The notes beneath the pieces were generated by a model. The model was not told the origin of the DNA and did not search any database. It worked only from the letters and a program-made list of their open reading frames with translations. From positions 488 through 64,487 of the forward strand of contig JAFGEQ010000011.1 in the NCBI GenBank assembly GCA_016931515.1: 64,000 nt of DNA, given 5' to 3'. A program made the position numbers and the translations under genes. Shown piece by piece: positions 50,418 through 60,358 of the stretch (within the stretch, counting starts at the first letter, position 1; every line of letters starts with the position of its first letter). Source of the DNA: a candidate division CSSED10-310 bacterium (GTDB taxonomy: Bacteria > CSSED10-310).

Positions 50418-51167
50418 GTGAAAAAAATCTTAGCGGCGAACTGGAAAATGAATTTGACGAACCCGGAGGCGCAGCATCTGGCCCAGGACGTGCTTTCAGG
50501 TGTACAAACATTTCTGCCGAGTGTTCAGGTTGTCATATGTCCGCCCTACACGGCCCTGACGACCGTTCGATCGGTGATAGCAGCGAGCGGGATCCGGCTG
50601 GGCGCTCAGAATATGCATCATGAACCGGCCGGCGCTTTCACGGGGGAATGCTCGGGGCCGATGCTGCTCAGTGCAGGCTGTGACGATGTGATTATAGGGC
50701 ATTCCGAACGACGGCATATTTTCAACGAGACCGATTCCATGATTGCGTTAAAGGTCAAGGCGGCAATCCGCGAGGGGTTACGTCCGATATTGTGCGTTGG
50801 TGAAACCGGGCAGGAACGTGATCAGGGACTTACTTTCAATATCGTGGAGCGCCATGTGCGATCCGGCTTATCGGGACTTTCTCCGGAGGATGATATCGTA
50901 ATTGCCTATGAACCGGTCTGGGCGATCGGAACGGGGCGGACAGCAACACCGGAGCAGGCGCGCGATGTGCACGCGATGATTCGGAATCTGCTGAAAACTA
51001 TTTATCCTGAGCGATATCAGATGGTGCCGATTCTGTATGGAGGTTCCGTGAAGCCGGATAACATCGGGGAACTGCTTGCGCAGCCAGATATTGATGGAGC
51101 CCTCGTCGGGGGTGCCAGCCTGAAAGCGGAGTCATTCAACCGGTTGATTGAAATCGCCGCAAAATAA
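50418..51167 (+). CDS. tpiA: Triosephosphate isomerase
   Basis: ANWKMN, GHSERR, AYEPVWAIGTG, YGGSV, LVGGASL. Confidence 0.98.
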   Translation: MKKILAANWKMNLTNPEAQHLAQDVLSGVQTFLPSVQVVICPPYTALTTVRSVIAASGIRLGAQNMHHEPAGAFTGECSGPMLLSAGCDDVIIGHSERRHIFNETDSMIALKVKAAIREGLRPILCVGETGQERDQGLTFNIVERHVRSGLSGLSPEDDIVIAYEPVWAIGTGRTATPEQARDVHAMIRNLLKTIYPERYQMVPILYGGSVKPDNIGELLAQPDIDGALVGGASLKAESFNRLIEIAAK

Positions 51168-51189
51168 CAGCGAGGCGAACCGCTATTTG

Positions 51190-52030
51190 GTAACTGTTCA
51201 CCAGGCCGATCGTTACAGTAGATGTTATCGGTGACTTCAAATCTCGAGTCAAGGAGTAAATATTTCTTAAGCTCTATCCGGTTTACGGTTATGAAGAAGA
51301 TATGAAGGTCGTTCATGTTTTCAGGGCAAGAGAATTGACGGAGAGAGACATTCAGGAAATCCGGGATATCACGAGGGATAAACCAGAATTCAGTCGCGCA
51401 AGAATTACAAAAACGCTTTGCTTGAAATGAAACTGGATTGAAGACAATGGTCAATACAAAGAGGGTGTTTGCAGGTGTTTGGGAGCATAATTCGAACCGC
51501 GCAGGACTGGTGACGCTAACCGTGCGAAAGCATCCGTCCATTATACGACGGAATCCAAAGTCATCGCCTGTTTAATTACATCGTACTCCTTTTGAAGGAT
51601 CGTTGAAGCAGCTGGGAAGGGTCGATTTCCAGGGATCTGCTATCAGGCAGCGAACTGGAGAAATCTAGGCAAGACCAAGGGCAGTTGGAAAAATGACCCG
51701 ACCGGAAAAGCCAACCGATCCATCAGGGATGTCTATGTGTATCCATAGTGCAAAGAGTTCGGGGAAAGGCTCTGGCATGGATAGAGTCAAATCGGAAACG
51801 CACTATGATTCCAGTCAAGACGTGACAATTAAAGTATATAATCGTGTATCATCTCTGTGCAATTTGAGCGGAACCAGCCCAAATAAGCAGGTGCAGAAAC
51901 GAACAAGAAAGACGGTGAAAAAAATGAACAACCTGTTTACGTTCGTTTGATCGGATGGAATCGAGCCGACGAATAATGTTGCGGAAAGAACATCTCTTCC
52001 GTCGGTATGCTCGATGCGGATGGCCGAAGA
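51190..52030 (+). mobile_element. Decayed IS66-family-like element (left end, DUF4338 relic, transposase C-terminal relic)
   Basis: GTAACTGTTCAC at 51190 resembles an IS66 terminal repeat; NNLFTFV*SDGIEPTNNVAER at about 51925-51990 matches the IS66 transposase motif; no right end found. Confidence 0.7.
51302..51784 (+). pseudogene. DUF4338 (DruA-like) pseudogene with stops and an internal deletion
   Basis: N-terminal RARELTERDIQEIR..PEFSRARI..LCLK*NWIEDNGQYK..CR; C-terminal GRFPGICYQAANWRNLGKTKG..SIRDVYVYP*. Confidence 0.75.
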
Positions 52031-54486
52031 AAACCCTCATTAACCGGCGATTCGGTATCCATTTGATAGAAGATGGAAATGTTCCAAAGAGACATGTTTT
52101 CTTCGGATTCTCGACGGTACCTAAACTCAAGGACTTGTTCCCCGGATTGGAGATTCCCAAGTGGAATTACCGGTGATAGATTGAGGCTGAGTGAGGTCAC
52201 AGGGTGCCAGTTCAAAACCTCATTCCCGTTCAAGAGGATGATCACACCGTTTTTCAGTTCATCACAACTATATTGGACAAGAAGAATTGCTTTATATCGG
52301 TTCAAATTGGATTCCCGGGTTGTTCCTCCGAGTATGAAGTGATACTCCAGTGCGCTTTCTGAATCTCGTTTCATCGCTTGAATCCTGCCTCCCGGTCCGT
52401 TCAGTTTAATCTCAGGCTTTATAAGACAGGAGCATCCATAGGTCTGGACATAATCGTCGGATTCGATGGAAATGATTTTCCAGGTATCAGAAGCAGAATT
52501 ATGATGCAGTTCTTGCAGATTTATTCCATACCATGGTCCACATGCCTGGCGTTTATTTGCAGATAACTCCGGCAAAACACCCGATAAAAGCAATTTGTCA
52601 AACTCTGCCGATTTCCAAAGCAGATTTCCAGGCAATCCAAGCGCAGTCACTTCTTCAATAAATGTTTTAACCCGTTGTTCCGAAAGAAATTGATACACTC
52701 CGGCATATCCGTTCTGCTGGCGCTGAGCAAATGTTTGCATGTACAGCGTTTCATTGTAGTAACCAGTAGAGTTTTCAACGATATAATCTGGGCCGTCGGT
52801 ATCTGCCACTCTTTTGGGAAGATAGGCAAAGGGATGAGGATTTCTGGTTAACCAATCCAAAGTTTCCGTGGCTTCAAGAGCAACCGACCCGATAATAAGA
52901 AGGAGAAGAATGCCGGTACCCAAGAGTTTTTCCGGTTTTCCGCCAGATTTTTTGAGCATAAATGCGACTGCGAATGGGACAGAGGCAAGAATAGCTATCG
53001 GAGCGTGAATCAACACCAGCCGAGTAGTGTCCACTTGCAACACTGCAGTCAGGGGTCCCAAAATGCTGATCCCAACCCAGAGGAGTAACCAGCGTCGCCA
53101 GGCAATATATCCGGAAAAAGCCACCGTGAGAATACCGAGGATCATAAGAACAGGATTCCTTACCAGTTTCCGCTCAACAAACTGGTTCAAACCCCGTTCC
53201 GCTTGGATTTTGGCATTTATTCCTAACGCCTTGAGTCTCAGTCCTGGACTGAAGGGAGTGGTCAGTTCCCTTTTTAACAAATCTTCCATGAAGTGCTTAT
53301 GTGTGGAAAAATAAAAAATTTGCTCTCCGGAATCGCCGCGAATGCGTTGTTGAAACGTTTCCCACGCAAACAAATTTGGAACCATCGCCCAGGAAGCGGT
53401 TCCTAACATAAGGATGGACATCATGGCCAGTTTCAGACGCTCGCTTTTTTTAGCAGTCAGAAGTTCCCAGCCAACCCAACCGAGAACGAGTAAGCTTAAC
53501 AGTCTGCACGGCGCGTATAGATAGAATCCCACTCCCCAAAGAATCCCCAAAACAAACCATCTAGACCAGACTTTACCGCGTAAACACCATGTCACAGCTC
53601 CCATTAACAGCACATTGTAAGCCATACTTGGCGTGGCATTAGAGAGTCGCCTGGATTCAAACAGTGTCCATGAATTGAAGCAATAAAAAAACAAGGCCAT
53701 GGTTGCAAGGGATGTGCTCGCGAGGGTTTCAAGTGCCCAGAACATTACCGGTAATGAAATAATGAACAGAGCTACATACAATCTTCGCAGAGGATCCAAA
53801 CCGACACCTGCAAGACGAGACCATGCCACAGTGGGAATTATTTGAACGGGAGATTTGTCACTATCGGTGAGTCTGGCTACCTGCCAGGTCCAGTCCCAAT
53901 TCACGCTACCAGGTTTCTCGAGTATTTCCATGACCCGGCTTGCGACAGGGTAATCGAAAGGCTGCAGATTATGCGGATGCAACCCGATATTTGTGGTCAG
54001 AACAGGAAAAAAGCACAGACAAACCAGTAAATAAGGTAGAAAGACATGCGATGATCCGGATCTTTCCGATGGATTACATCGTAAACCTGCAAAAATAATA
54101 GATACCAACCCGCTCAGAAGTGATATCGAGAGGACAAGTTTGAAGTAAAAATCGTTTTTGTCTCTAAACATGAGACTGCCGAGAACCGCAAAGGAAATTG
54201 CGGTTATTAGCGCCCAGAAAGCTCGATTTTTTCGTTCCTTTCTGAAAATACACAACAACAAGCTGATACTTCCTGCAGAAATACCCATGATCAACATCGC
54301 TGTCAGCCACCAGGTTTTCGGATGATTCGGTATCGTCTGGGAAGCGACTTTTAAGATTCTTGCCGTCCAAGTGGTCTCCAACAATAAACCACCAGTAGAA
54401 AATAGAAAATTCAGAGAAAAAACGACAACAATCCAGATCAAAAACAGGATAGAACACAAGGCACTTTTACCCATCAGTTTCTTCAT
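51937..54486 (-). CDS. Polytopic membrane glycosyltransferase (ArnT/PMT-like GT-C) with a soluble C-terminal domain
   Basis: Many TM helices; FNSWTLFESR, GFYLYAPCRL motifs. Confidence 0.6.
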   Translation of the reverse strand: MKKLMGKSALCSILFLIWIVVVFSLNFLFSTGGLLLETTWTARILKVASQTIPNHPKTWWLTAMLIMGISAGSISLLLCIFRKERKNRAFWALITAISFAVLGSLMFRDKNDFYFKLVLSISLLSGLVSIIFAGLRCNPSERSGSSHVFLPYLLVCLCFFPVLTTNIGLHPHNLQPFDYPVASRVMEILEKPGSVNWDWTWQVARLTDSDKSPVQIIPTVAWSRLAGVGLDPLRRLYVALFIISLPVMFWALETLASTSLATMALFFYCFNSWTLFESRRLSNATPSMAYNVLLMGAVTWCLRGKVWSRWFVLGILWGVGFYLYAPCRLLSLLVLGWVGWELLTAKKSERLKLAMMSILMLGTASWAMVPNLFAWETFQQRIRGDSGEQIFYFSTHKHFMEDLLKRELTTPFSPGLRLKALGINAKIQAERGLNQFVERKLVRNPVLMILGILTVAFSGYIAWRRWLLLWVGISILGPLTAVLQVDTTRLVLIHAPIAILASVPFAVAFMLKKSGGKPEKLLGTGILLLLIIGSVALEATETLDWLTRNPHPFAYLPKRVADTDGPDYIVENSTGYYNETLYMQTFAQRQQNGYAGVYQFLSEQRVKTFIEEVTALGLPGNLLWKSAEFDKLLLSGVLPELSANKRQACGPWYGINLQELHHNSASDTWKIISIESDDYVQTYGCSCLIKPEIKLNGPGGRIQAMKRDSESALEYHFILGGTTRESNLNRYKAILLVQYSCDELKNGVIILLNGNEVLNWHPVTSLSLNLSPVIPLGNLQSGEQVLEFRYRRESEENMSLWNISIFYQMDTESPVNEGFLRPSASSIPTEEMFFPQHYSSARFHPIKRT

Positions 54487-55050
54487 ACGCTGTAATCCTT
54501 AATGTTCCTATGTTCCCGCAAAGAACCTTTTCTACAGAGAGACAAATCATAGTGGCAAGTAAAATTCTTCAAACCGGTCATCTGACTGTCATTTCTTCAG
54601 AAAACTAGGACAAACGGTGTTGGGAGTCAAGTGTAAAACGAGCATTTGTTAAACAAAACGGTGCATATACTTCCTGATAAAAAAATCGTTCATGTTATTC
54701 ATAACCGAGGTTTATCTGGTCAATATCACACACGAGTCTGGATAACGACCAACACTGACGTCAGATCAGTTCAATCAAATGTTCATGAAGCCTGTATTCA
54801 AACTGTTTTTTTCTCATTTACCGTTTCGTTCACGGCCGTTCGGGAAGATGTATCGACTGAATCATTGTTTTTTATTCCGGGTCATTATTCTTAAACAGGT
54901 TCTTTGAGCTTTCCGTTTTGACTCCATACAGGCGTCGCAACCAAATGTACGATGCCGAAGCAAATATCGCAGTCGAAGCGGGTTGGGCGGTTTGCCTGTC
55001 GGGAGATGGGTTGGAGGACAAACAGGCATTAGCTCAATTGGAAAAAACAC

Positions 55051-55079
55051 TTGCGTATGATTGAAATCTCTGCTAAAAG
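55051..55079 (+). promoter_or_regulatory. Putative sigma-70 promoter of secG
   Basis: TTGCGT-N17-TAAAAG with an extended TG. Confidence 0.35.
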
Positions 55080-55110
55080 CTCCAGTTGCTGATTAGGAGG
55101 CTCGAAGATT

Positions 55111-55593
55111 GTGATTATATATCTTCTGTTGACATTACACGTGATTCTTTCGATTGCATTGATTCTGATTGTTTTGCTGCAAACCGGCAAAGGATCCGAT
55201 CTTGCCAGTGCGTTTGGCGGCGGCGGCGCCAATGCCGTGTTCGGCGGTGCGGGTCCGACATCCTTCCTGAACAAGGCGACGACCGCGGTTGCGGTTCTCT
55301 TTATGGTGACATCCATTTCGCTTGCCTATGTTGGATCCGGTTCCAGTTCACTCATGCCCGATGAGGAACCGGCAGCGGCAGCAGTCACGGATGATGGCAC
55401 AGCCACTCAGGAAGGTGACGATGCCGCCGTACCGGCTGATTCAGACGCCGCAACCAATGAGGGTGCTCAGGCCGGACCGGAAACCAATGCGCAGGCTGAA
55501 GTTACGGAGATGGGCGAGAGTGCGGCACCCGCTCAAGCAGCACCGGCAGCCGGTGAAGCATCAACAGGGGCCGGCGAACCTGTCACTGAGTAA
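55111..55593 (+). CDS. secG: Preprotein translocase subunit SecG with a long acidic Ala-rich tail
   Basis: VLLQTGKGSDLASAFGGG...FLNKAT. Confidence 0.95.
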   Translation: MIIYLLLTLHVILSIALILIVLLQTGKGSDLASAFGGGGANAVFGGAGPTSFLNKATTAVAVLFMVTSISLAYVGSGSSSLMPDEEPAAAAVTDDGTATQEGDDAAVPADSDAATNEGAQAGPETNAQAEVTEMGESAAPAQAAPAAGEASTGAGEPVTE

Positions 55594-55638
55594 TGATGCG
55601 TTTGATGGGGAACTGAATAGTTCCTGAGACATAGATCT

Positions 55639-55722
<84 letters not shown>

Positions 55723-55730
55723 TATTGAAT

Positions 55731-55765
55731 GGGGTTACCTGAGCGGGTAGCCCCGATTTATTTAT
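55731..55765 (+). terminator. Intrinsic terminator after tRNA-Leu
   Basis: GGGGTTACCTG-AG-CGGGTAGCCCC followed by an AT-rich tail. Confidence 0.7.
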
Positions 55766-55812
55766 GATATTATCTTTTCGATGAGCACACGGACTGATTC
55801 AGAGACTGGATC

Positions 55813-56871
55813 ATGGAAACACATCGCCAAATAAACAATAAAACAGACAATCGGATTGATGAGTCAACCCGTTTATTGCAACTTGCCGAAGCATGCCCGG
55901 ATAAAGATCAAGCGAAAAAATCGATCTTTCCTGTGTTCCTCTCCGGCTATGCCTGCTCGGGGCGATGCATCTATTGCAATGCCGCCCTGTCCAGCGGATA
56001 CGGGGCACCGCCTGATTTCCAGGCGCTGGACCGGGATTTGACCGACTGGCTGGAAAAACCGGACCGGCGGAGCGACATGGAAATCGCCTGGTACGGTAAT
56101 GACCTGCCCGATGTTCCCGAAACGGTCATTAAAGAACTCCTCGCCCTCTGCTCAAGAAGGGCATTCAACGAGACGATTCCTGGACTCCGTCTGTCGATTC
56201 GCCCGGATTCGGTTCTCAAGACTCCGGTCAAACTGCTTTGCGCCTTCTCGGTAGTGGAGCTTGGCGTGCCGTCGATGGATCCGGATATACTCAAATTGAT
56301 CCGTCGTGGACATGAACCGAACGCTGTGAATGACGCCTTGATACTGCTTCGCAGCCTCGGGATCCGAACCGGGTTCCAGACGATGGTCGGGTTACCGGGT
56401 GCCAATGCCGCATCGGATCACCGAACTGCCGAACTCCTGGCAGCGCTTAGCCCGGATTTCGTGCGAATTCATCCAACACTTGTTTTGCACGGTACGGTGC
56501 TGGCGGAGATGGCTGATGCCGGCGAATACCGGCCACTGGATCTGGAGGACGCCATCGAACGATGCGCAGATATCTGGGACATCTACGCTCGCAGGGAAAT
56601 TCCGGTCACGCGTTGTGGATTTCATTTGCCGGAGACGGAACGCGATCGTGCGCTGCACTCCGGGCCGTGGCATCCCGCATTCGGCCAGCTCGTGCGCTCC
56701 CGGCGGTGGCGCCGGCTGCTGGATAAGCAGTTGTCGGCTCAGCCCGATCAACTTGTGTTGACGGTGCCTCCCGATGATTTTTCCGATGCCGTCGGGCATA
56801 AAAAGGAGAATCTGCGATGGTTGCAGGAGAAGCATGGAGTGGGAGTGGCGGTATTGAAAGTTGAAAGTTGA
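55813..56871 (+). CDS. Radical SAM protein, Elp3/YhcC-like
   Basis: CSGRCIYC, SIRPD, ELGV.SM, MVGLPG, RIHPTLV..GT.LA, GPWHPAFGQLV. Confidence 0.85.
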   Translation: METHRQINNKTDNRIDESTRLLQLAEACPDKDQAKKSIFPVFLSGYACSGRCIYCNAALSSGYGAPPDFQALDRDLTDWLEKPDRRSDMEIAWYGNDLPDVPETVIKELLALCSRRAFNETIPGLRLSIRPDSVLKTPVKLLCAFSVVELGVPSMDPDILKLIRRGHEPNAVNDALILLRSLGIRTGFQTMVGLPGANAASDHRTAELLAALSPDFVRIHPTLVLHGTVLAEMADAGEYRPLDLEDAIERCADIWDIYARREIPVTRCGFHLPETERDRALHSGPWHPAFGQLVRSRRWRRLLDKQLSAQPDQLVLTVPPDDFSDAVGHKKENLRWLQEKHGVGVAVLKVES

Positions 56872-56952
56872 ACGATAAAAGTTGAAAATTTTGGGGAGAG
56901 CTCCTCTTCCTTTCAATTTTCAATTTTCAATTTTCAATTTTCAATTCTCAAT
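56854..56952. repeat. Inverted arrays of 7-bp tandem repeats between convergent genes
   Basis: About 5 degenerate TTGAAAG units (56854-56888) facing 5 x TTTCAAT plus TCTCAAT (56911-56952). Confidence 0.9.
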
Positions 56953-58528
56953 TCTCCGGGCTCCACGGCATCAATAACCCCTGATTTTCCCGTGGATTCG
57001 CCATGTATTCAGGGTCGGGAGTAAGTGCCGGGTCGCGTTTGAACAGGATGAACGGCGCGCCGGTACCAAGGTCGACCTTTATCCGCCGGTAACCCAGTTT
57101 TTCAGGTTCCATCAACATGAAAACAACATAAGTCGGTTCCTTGCGGATAACATGGATCAGATCGCTCTTGCCGTGGGCGGTGAGTTGTCCCGGCTCAAGC
57201 GGCAGGTGGGCGATATGCTCATCGACGATGCCCAGCAGATCGAAGCAGGGAATTTTGGCATAGTATCCCAAAGCACCGATGGCGCGTGTGGCCATCGTGT
57301 CGCCAGGTTGTGCGTGCGCCCGGAGCCACTCCCCAAGCAGTTTCGATGCCCGGCAGTATTTGAAAATATGATCCTTCACGTAAGCACGGTCCGGTTGGCT
57401 GTAATACCCACGCTGGATGAAAGGTATCATGACAGCGGTCAGCGCCAGCGGCGCCCATAAGCTCCACGACGGTCGCGACACGGATCTGAAAATGACCGCG
57501 ATGCCCTCCACGGCGAAAAACACCATTAGCGGCAGGACCGGCAGAATCAGCCTCCCGAATGGCTTCTCATCGCCTCCCGCATGCGCGATGTGCAGCACCC
57601 AGGCGGCGAGGACAGTGATCATCAACATTTTGCCTTTGAACCGAGCTCCGATCAGGCCGATGAGTGTCAGGAGCAGAAAGGGGAGATTTCCGTGTGTCAT
57701 GAGGAAGGATGACCAGTAGTGGAACCCCGTCCGTGTAAGTTCAACGGCCTGCGCAGTATCGGTGCCCATGCGCACGTAGTAGGTGTTTGGCAGCAGCCAG
57801 CCGTAATACAACCAGCGCCAAATGAAATAGGGTGCGTAGATGAATCCGAAGGGGACCAGCCAGTTGATTAGCGCTTGAGGTTTGAAGTGGCGTCGGATGA
57901 GGACGAAGACTGCGCCCACGGCCCAAAACAGCAGCCCGTCGGGGCGTGTCAGGGCGGCCAGCACCATGACCAGGCCGGATGCGGACGGTTCAGCGGTGTT
58001 TGCCCGGAACTCCCGGAGCGCCAGGTGGAGGCCGGCCAGCACCATGAACCCGAACATCGCCGTTTCCAGGCCGCCGATTGACCAGAACGCGAACGGAGCG
58101 AACGTGGCCAGCAGCAGGACGGACGCTGCAGGGCGGGGAAAGGGATTCGGTGGCAGCAGGGAGCGGGTCAGAAAATAGAACACGGCCAGGCTCCCGAGGG
58201 AGAACAGGATGCCGAGAATTTTCGATACCGGGACCGGATCCAGGCCGAGCGCCATCGGAATGGCCATCAGGACGGTCCACAGAAAGTTCGTGTAGCCTTC
58301 GACGCGTTCGCCCGGGTTGAATACGAGTCCGTGCCCGTTGATCAGGTTTTCGGCGTAGCGGAAGGTAATCCATGCGTCGTCGTGTGTGAAGCTCCACCAG
58401 CCGATGGCCTGGATAAAGAATATGGCGACGACGACGATCAGCAGCATGGTTGATAGGCAATGCGCTCGGTGTGATACGGAAAACGGTCCGGATTCATTTA
58501 CTTGTCGATCGATGGGAGCGTCATTCAT
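56948..58528 (-). CDS. Membrane glycosyltransferase (GT-C, DDAxIxFRYA family)
   Basis: DDAWITFRYAENL..GHGLVFNPGERVEGYTNFLW, GLET, TRPDG, YYGWLLPNTYY, GGD, DLLG..D. Confidence 0.8.
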   Translation of the reverse strand: MNDAPIDRQVNESGPFSVSHRAHCLSTMLLIVVVAIFFIQAIGWWSFTHDDAWITFRYAENLINGHGLVFNPGERVEGYTNFLWTVLMAIPMALGLDPVPVSKILGILFSLGSLAVFYFLTRSLLPPNPFPRPAASVLLLATFAPFAFWSIGGLETAMFGFMVLAGLHLALREFRANTAEPSASGLVMVLAALTRPDGLLFWAVGAVFVLIRRHFKPQALINWLVPFGFIYAPYFIWRWLYYGWLLPNTYYVRMGTDTAQAVELTRTGFHYWSSFLMTHGNLPFLLLTLIGLIGARFKGKMLMITVLAAWVLHIAHAGGDEKPFGRLILPVLPLMVFFAVEGIAVIFRSVSRPSWSLWAPLALTAVMIPFIQRGYYSQPDRAYVKDHIFKYCRASKLLGEWLRAHAQPGDTMATRAIGALGYYAKIPCFDLLGIVDEHIAHLPLEPGQLTAHGKSDLIHVIRKEPTYVVFMLMEPEKLGYRRIKVDLGTGAPFILFKRDPALTPDPEYMANPRENQGLLMPWSPEN

Positions 58529-60143
58529 TACGGTTATCCTGTTGAATCAAGAAGCCCGGATCACGGCGCCAGATGCGGAGCGTCCAGTTGTCGCAGTTCA
58601 GTGCGATCCTGTGATATCCGGGATACGGCGGTGCCGGAATGCCTGGTTGCTTGACGGTCGCACCGGTGTCATGCGGCTGTATCCGTTCCCGAATCCGCTT
58701 CATCCAGCCGGGTTCCTGCGGTGGAGCGACAATCAGTTCCTGACCGGTAATATATACCGGTTTGCGGGACAAAATATAATCCCAGTCAGATTTTTCATGA
58801 CCGGCGGCGCCGGTGCCCATGCCGGAGCGTTGCTGCCGGGCGATGACCGGATCGATCAGGCCAAAGACATCCAGTGTGTAAAGGCCGCTGTAGTAGGGGA
58901 TGCGGCCGATAACGGATGTCGCCACCGAGTCGCCGGAGCGAGCGTTACGGGCGAGGCACAGGCCGGCTCGAGTGCCCGGATGATTCAGTTCCTTTTGCAT
59001 CGAGAAAATATCCGGCTCCTCCAGTTGCCGGATCAGCGGCCATGCATTGAGGCACAGCGCCACCAGCAGCGCAGCGACTGCGATCCTGCCGGGCAACGTC
59101 GGGTGTGCCGGTCCGATGTCTGGGCGATGGATGCCGACCGCAGCTGCAAAGATCAGGAACGGGATCAGCGGTGCCAGGAATCGGTCGGGACCCAGGGAGT
59201 CTCCGCCGACGGCCAGGATGTAGACCAGGAAAATCAATACGAACGCGGAGGCGGCCAGGGCGGACCGTTCGACCCGGCCCGCGTTGCAAGTGCGTATCAG
59301 CCGGGGCAGACTGACAAGCGTCAACGTGAGGAGGATGATTTCCGGCCAATCCCAGCCCTGGACAATATAAGCGGCACCCCGCCAGAGGACCAGGGATCCG
59401 CCGCCTGTTTTGGCGGCAAACGTGTTGGGCAGCAGATGGCCGAAGTATACGAATTTGAACAGCAGGTAGGGGAGAATCAGCGCGAGGGCGGTGGCGGCGA
59501 ACCGGAGTGTGCGGGGGTGGTTGCGGCGATCGGAAAATCCCGGCGAGCACAATGGGTAGAACATCAGAGCCAAAATGCCCTCCGGGCGGGTCAGAAACGC
59601 CAGTGATGCCGTCACGGCGCTGCGGTAAATGGCGCGCGGGTTGCGGCCGTCACCGGCGTTGTCCGAGGCGGATTGGAACGCCAGCCACATCAGCAATGTG
59701 AACAGCGACGTTTCCAGACCGCGCGTGGACCATGCGATCAGCGACGGGTCCAGCGTGACATACAGAAGCGGCATCCATGCCATTTTAGTTGGGGAGATGC
59801 GACGGACGGTGCGGAAGAATGCCATAAGCAACAGCAGACTGCATAGAACTCCGAGTATTTTGGACAGCAGCACCGGGTTGACGAACTGCATGCCGGTGGC
59901 GATCAGCATGACCCAGAGGAAATTGGTGTAGCCTTCGACGCGTTCGCTCGGATTGAACACGAGTCCGTGGCCGGTGGTGAGGTTTCGGGCGTATCGGAAC
60001 GAAATAAACGCATCGTCTATGGTCGGCATACTGCCGCAGATGGCGATTGCCAGGTGGAGGATCAGGATGGCGGTCAGGATGATGGTTTGAAGCGGTAGGC
60101 GGCACATAGCGGCATGGTAACAGAGGGGAGGGTGATGGATCAA
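58521..60143 (-). CDS. Membrane glycosyltransferase (GT-C), paralog of the adjacent gene
   Basis: DDAFISFRYARNL..GHGLVFNPSERVEGYTNFLW, GLET, TRPEG, YFGHLLPNTFAAK, GGD, DVFGLID. True start may be about 12 codons downstream. Confidence 0.8.
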   Translation of the reverse strand: MIHHPPLCYHAAMCRLPLQTIILTAILILHLAIAICGSMPTIDDAFISFRYARNLTTGHGLVFNPSERVEGYTNFLWVMLIATGMQFVNPVLLSKILGVLCSLLLLMAFFRTVRRISPTKMAWMPLLYVTLDPSLIAWSTRGLETSLFTLLMWLAFQSASDNAGDGRNPRAIYRSAVTASLAFLTRPEGILALMFYPLCSPGFSDRRNHPRTLRFAATALALILPYLLFKFVYFGHLLPNTFAAKTGGGSLVLWRGAAYIVQGWDWPEIILLTLTLVSLPRLIRTCNAGRVERSALAASAFVLIFLVYILAVGGDSLGPDRFLAPLIPFLIFAAAVGIHRPDIGPAHPTLPGRIAVAALLVALCLNAWPLIRQLEEPDIFSMQKELNHPGTRAGLCLARNARSGDSVATSVIGRIPYYSGLYTLDVFGLIDPVIARQQRSGMGTGAAGHEKSDWDYILSRKPVYITGQELIVAPPQEPGWMKRIRERIQPHDTGATVKQPGIPAPPYPGYHRIALNCDNWTLRIWRRDPGFLIQQDNRNE

Positions 60144-60263
60144 TCGACCGGGAAATGATCGAAAGGTCTTCCGGTGTCGCTGTCAAATCGAAAACCATCT
60201 GCATCGACATCGTCGCCATCTGGAATCTTTAATCCCTCTGATCTCATAAAAGTATTTTTTGCA

Positions 60264-60358
60264 GTCCTATTCGTCCTATCCCTTAAAATAAAACCGAATC
60301 TTCAGATATCTCCTCATCGTTATCCCGCTAGATCCTGGCGCCGTCCTATTCGTCCTAT
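60264..60358. repeat. 16-bp direct repeat built from 9-bp units
   Basis: GTCCTATTCGTCCTAT at 60264-60279 and 60343-60358. Confidence 0.8.

Noticed and set aside
51302..51784. Druantia anti-phage system
   Set aside because: Only a broken DUF4338 gene in an IS context; no DruE helicase or other dru genes
51425..51950. TGA recoding (Trp or Sec) suggested by TGA at expected sense positions
   Set aside because: The same relic also has TAA/TAG stops and deletions, and TGA terminates many intact genes in the window
54487..55110. Hidden gene or ncRNA in the 620-nt intergenic region
   Set aside because: Only short ORFs without motifs and one short inverted repeat (TGCCTGT/ACAGGCA); not enough to call
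56854..56952. CRISPR array
   Set aside because: 7-bp tandem units without spacers; no cas genes in the window
58386..59606. 406-aa plus-strand ORF and other long antisense ORFs in the GC-rich block
   Set aside because: Shadow frames of the GT-C genes with no protein-family motifs
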